Positions 36,279 to 38,126 of a stretch of 38,126 nucleotides of DNA are shown one piece after another. How positions within the stretch are numbered: position 1 is the first letter of the stretch; each line of letters starts with the position of its first letter. A program made the translations under genes and the position numbers. The stretch is from a virus (lineage: Duplodnaviria; Caudoviricetes), in the IMG/VR virus record IMGVR_UViG_3300037470_000177, positions 1 through 38,126 of that record; one strand, 5' to 3'. The notes beneath the pieces are model-generated. The model did no database searches. It worked only from the letters and a program-made list of their open reading frames with translations, and was not told where the DNA came from.

Positions 36279-36303
36279 AAGCCCTGTTAACGCAGGGCTT
36301 TTT
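36279..36303 (+). terminator. Rho-independent terminator directly after array 4
   Basis: AAGCCCTG-TTAACG-CAGGGCTT-TTT; overlaps the stop of the convergent hydrolase gene. Confidence 0.8.
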
Positions 36304-36844
36304 CTCTGTTGTTCACTATCACTGGGCCCCACCTCACCGCCACCTCAGCAGTACCTATCGAGGTATGCCGGTGGGGCATCTCCCATTGCTTGACACGTGG
36401 GTCTTTTCCGATGTACCCGGTCTTGCCCATGCGCCCCCACAGGGAGAAAGGCATCAGCGCCGACAGCCAGACCACATTATCCCGGTGTGACCAGTAGACG
36501 TGGATGAATTGCAAGTGCGGGTCGAACTCAACGTCATCATCCAGCGCCGGGTTGATCAGCACCAGGCCCCTGGTCTTCACTTGCTTGGTGATACCGTACG
36601 CTACAGCCGCACCATTGGAGTGACCCAGTATGATCTGCTCAGGCCACACCTCGTTGGCCATGCGGTTGACTATCCGTCGGTTGATGAAGGGCACGATGAC
36701 TGAGAACATAACGGGAATGTACATGTACTTGAGCAGCACCACCTTGAACTTAGGCATGATGTGCCGGAAGAATGAAATCGATGAGCGCCCTGGGTCAATC
36801 GTTTTGATCCCATGCAGCAGATATACCCTCACCATGACGATCAC
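36287..36844 (-). CDS. Alpha/beta hydrolase (lipase/esterase-like)
   Basis: LLHG oxyanion motif, LGHSNG nucleophile elbow, LINPAL, D-VV, C-terminal His. Confidence 0.8.
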   Translation of the reverse strand: MIVMVRVYLLHGIKTIDPGRSSISFFRHIMPKFKVVLLKYMYIPVMFSVIVPFINRRIVNRMANEVWPEQIILGHSNGAAVAYGITKQVKTRGLVLINPALDDDVEFDPHLQFIHVYWSHRDNVVWLSALMPFSLWGRMGKTGYIGKDPRVKQWEMPHRHTSIGTAEVAVRWGPVIVNNREKALR

Positions 36845-37293
36845 CCCTCAAGCGAATACCCACCTGCTTCTGCAAAGAGCTGCTTGCACCTGGCCATTGT
36901 GATCGTCGGCTGTCCATATGGCGAACCAGGCAGCGATGCCCACACCTTATTGCATTTCTTGACAGCTGCTTCGAGACGGCCAGCAAGCACGTCGTTGATC
37001 GCACCACGTTGATGGATCAGCAACCGAGCCGCCCGGTCTTGCGAGGCTGGCGAGAAGTCTGGCAGATCCAGGGTGCCACGGCAATCGTCCCAGGTGCGGG
37101 CCAGGAACTGATACGCCCCAGCTGCTGTGCTGGTGATGTACCGCGTACCTGATCGGCGCCGTATGCGCTTCCTTGGGTGATCGTCAAACGAGTTGAAGAG
37201 CCCACCGCCGAACATGGTGCGGTAGCCGTTCTGGCCCGCCGTGCCCTCTGCGTGCCGGAGCATCCAGAGGAAAGCGTATAGGTTCATGTTCAT
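36841..37293 (-). CDS. Endolysin, lambda-R-like lytic transglycosylase
   Basis: AFL-ML-AEGT, DHP, STAAGAYQFL-TW, DFSP-SQD, WASLPGSPYGQ. Confidence 0.92.
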   Translation of the reverse strand: MNMNLYAFLWMLRHAEGTAGQNGYRTMFGGGLFNSFDDHPRKRIRRRSGTRYITSTAAGAYQFLARTWDDCRGTLDLPDFSPASQDRAARLLIHQRGAINDVLAGRLEAAVKKCNKVWASLPGSPYGQPTITMARCKQLFAEAGGYSLEG

Positions 37294-37493
37294 CGCCACA
37301 GATCCTTCAACTGAGATAGGGCCCAGGCCACGACTGTCGTGATCAGGAGGAAGCCACCGATGAACCCCTTCTGGCGCTCAAGGTACTTCTCAATTTTCGC
37401 CATCCTCACGTCAAGCTTTTCAAGCTTGTCTAGGACTTGGGTAACTGAGTCGTCAGCCTTATCTTCGCGCATCTGCCTATGTTGGTCGTACAT
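37290..37493 (-). CDS. Putative holin-like membrane protein
   Basis: Coiled coil plus one C-terminal TM helix, directly upstream of the endolysin. Confidence 0.5.
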   Translation of the reverse strand: MYDQHRQMREDKADDSVTQVLDKLEKLDVRMAKIEKYLERQKGFIGGFLLITTVVAWALSQLKDLWR

Positions 37494-37496
37494 GGT

Positions 37497-38111
37497 TTAC
37501 TCCCTATCATGCGTGATCGCCGGGGTGGGTTGGGTCATGTTGGTGAGGGATTCGGCTGCACCCACGATGCCTTTCACCTGACGGGTAAGGCTTTCTTCGA
37601 AGTAGGTGCTCTCTGCTGCTTCGAACTGTTCGCGTGTGAACCTGGGGAGGCGCTTGAAGTGGTGGTACAGGACGTTCAACTCAGCGATGGCGTCGTTGAT
37701 AAGCTTCTCGGTGAAGGCCCGGCTTGACAGCTTCTGCTGTATGTCCACCTCGAAGCGGCGCTTGTCGAATTTATTGTACTCGCTCAGCTGCAGCTTAGCC
37801 CGCAATTCATCCAGATCGATTTCTTCACGCATGCGGCTGAACTGGGCTTCACGCAGCGCGCGCAGGCGATTGTGCATGCGCAGGCCGATGGCCCGGTACG
37901 CCCGCTCGGGTGTGAGCTGGGCATTGATAACGAAGTTCTCAGTCTGGAACTGGGAGTTCTCGAAAGGGATATCGAAGAACGCTTCCTCGATTTCCTTCAC
38001 CACGTCTTCGGTGTTCTCTTGCGTGATCAGGTCTTTCATAATTACCTCATACCCCTGCCAGGCCGCGCCTTGCTGTTGCCAGTGTGGCAGCAGGGTTGAT
38101 TGCAGATTCAT
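37497..38111 (-). CDS. Hypothetical coiled-coil phage protein
   Basis: 204-aa ORF; true start may be later (MKDLITQE). Confidence 0.65.
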   Translation of the reverse strand: MNLQSTLLPHWQQQGAAWQGYEVIMKDLITQENTEDVVKEIEEAFFDIPFENSQFQTENFVINAQLTPERAYRAIGLRMHNRLRALREAQFSRMREEIDLDELRAKLQLSEYNKFDKRRFEVDIQQKLSSRAFTEKLINDAIAELNVLYHHFKRLPRFTREQFEAAESTYFEESLTRQVKGIVGAAESLTNMTQPTPAITHDRE

Positions 38112-38126
38112 CTGAGAACTGGATAC

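Overview
A 38-kb piece of a tailed dsDNA phage genome with podovirus-type (T7/BPP-1-like) portal, scaffold and tail-tube genes and a probable proteobacterial host. There are four blocks. (1) A minus-strand late operon (about 18070 to 1) starts with a near-complete pseudaminic-acid-type sugar pathway (PseB, short PseC, PseF, methylase, amidotransferase, HisF-like cyclase, GNAT, PseI). It continues through TerS, Ser/Thr-rich proteins, a Maf/CstII-like glycosyltransferase candidate, TerL, portal, scaffold, capsid and tail tube A. (2) A plus-strand early region of small genes (18655-24107). (3) A divergent replication region: helicase and primase-helicase on minus; Arc-like regulator, SSB-like protein, PolA, RuvC and DUF2800 nuclease on plus. 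(4) A minus-strand lysis cassette at the right end. The main result is an RNA-guided system in the replication operon: an HNH plus Nop/IS110-like protein (29575-30522, TasH-like) and four separate intergenic arrays of exact 36-nt units AGYCA-N9-AGnnnCYCA-N9-AGCG (3+4+12+4 = 23 dual-spacer units), matching TIGR-Tas architecture. The second result is the sugar pathway plus transferase placed among morphogenesis genes, which suggests virion glycosylation. All product calls come from motif recognition by eye; no database searches were run.
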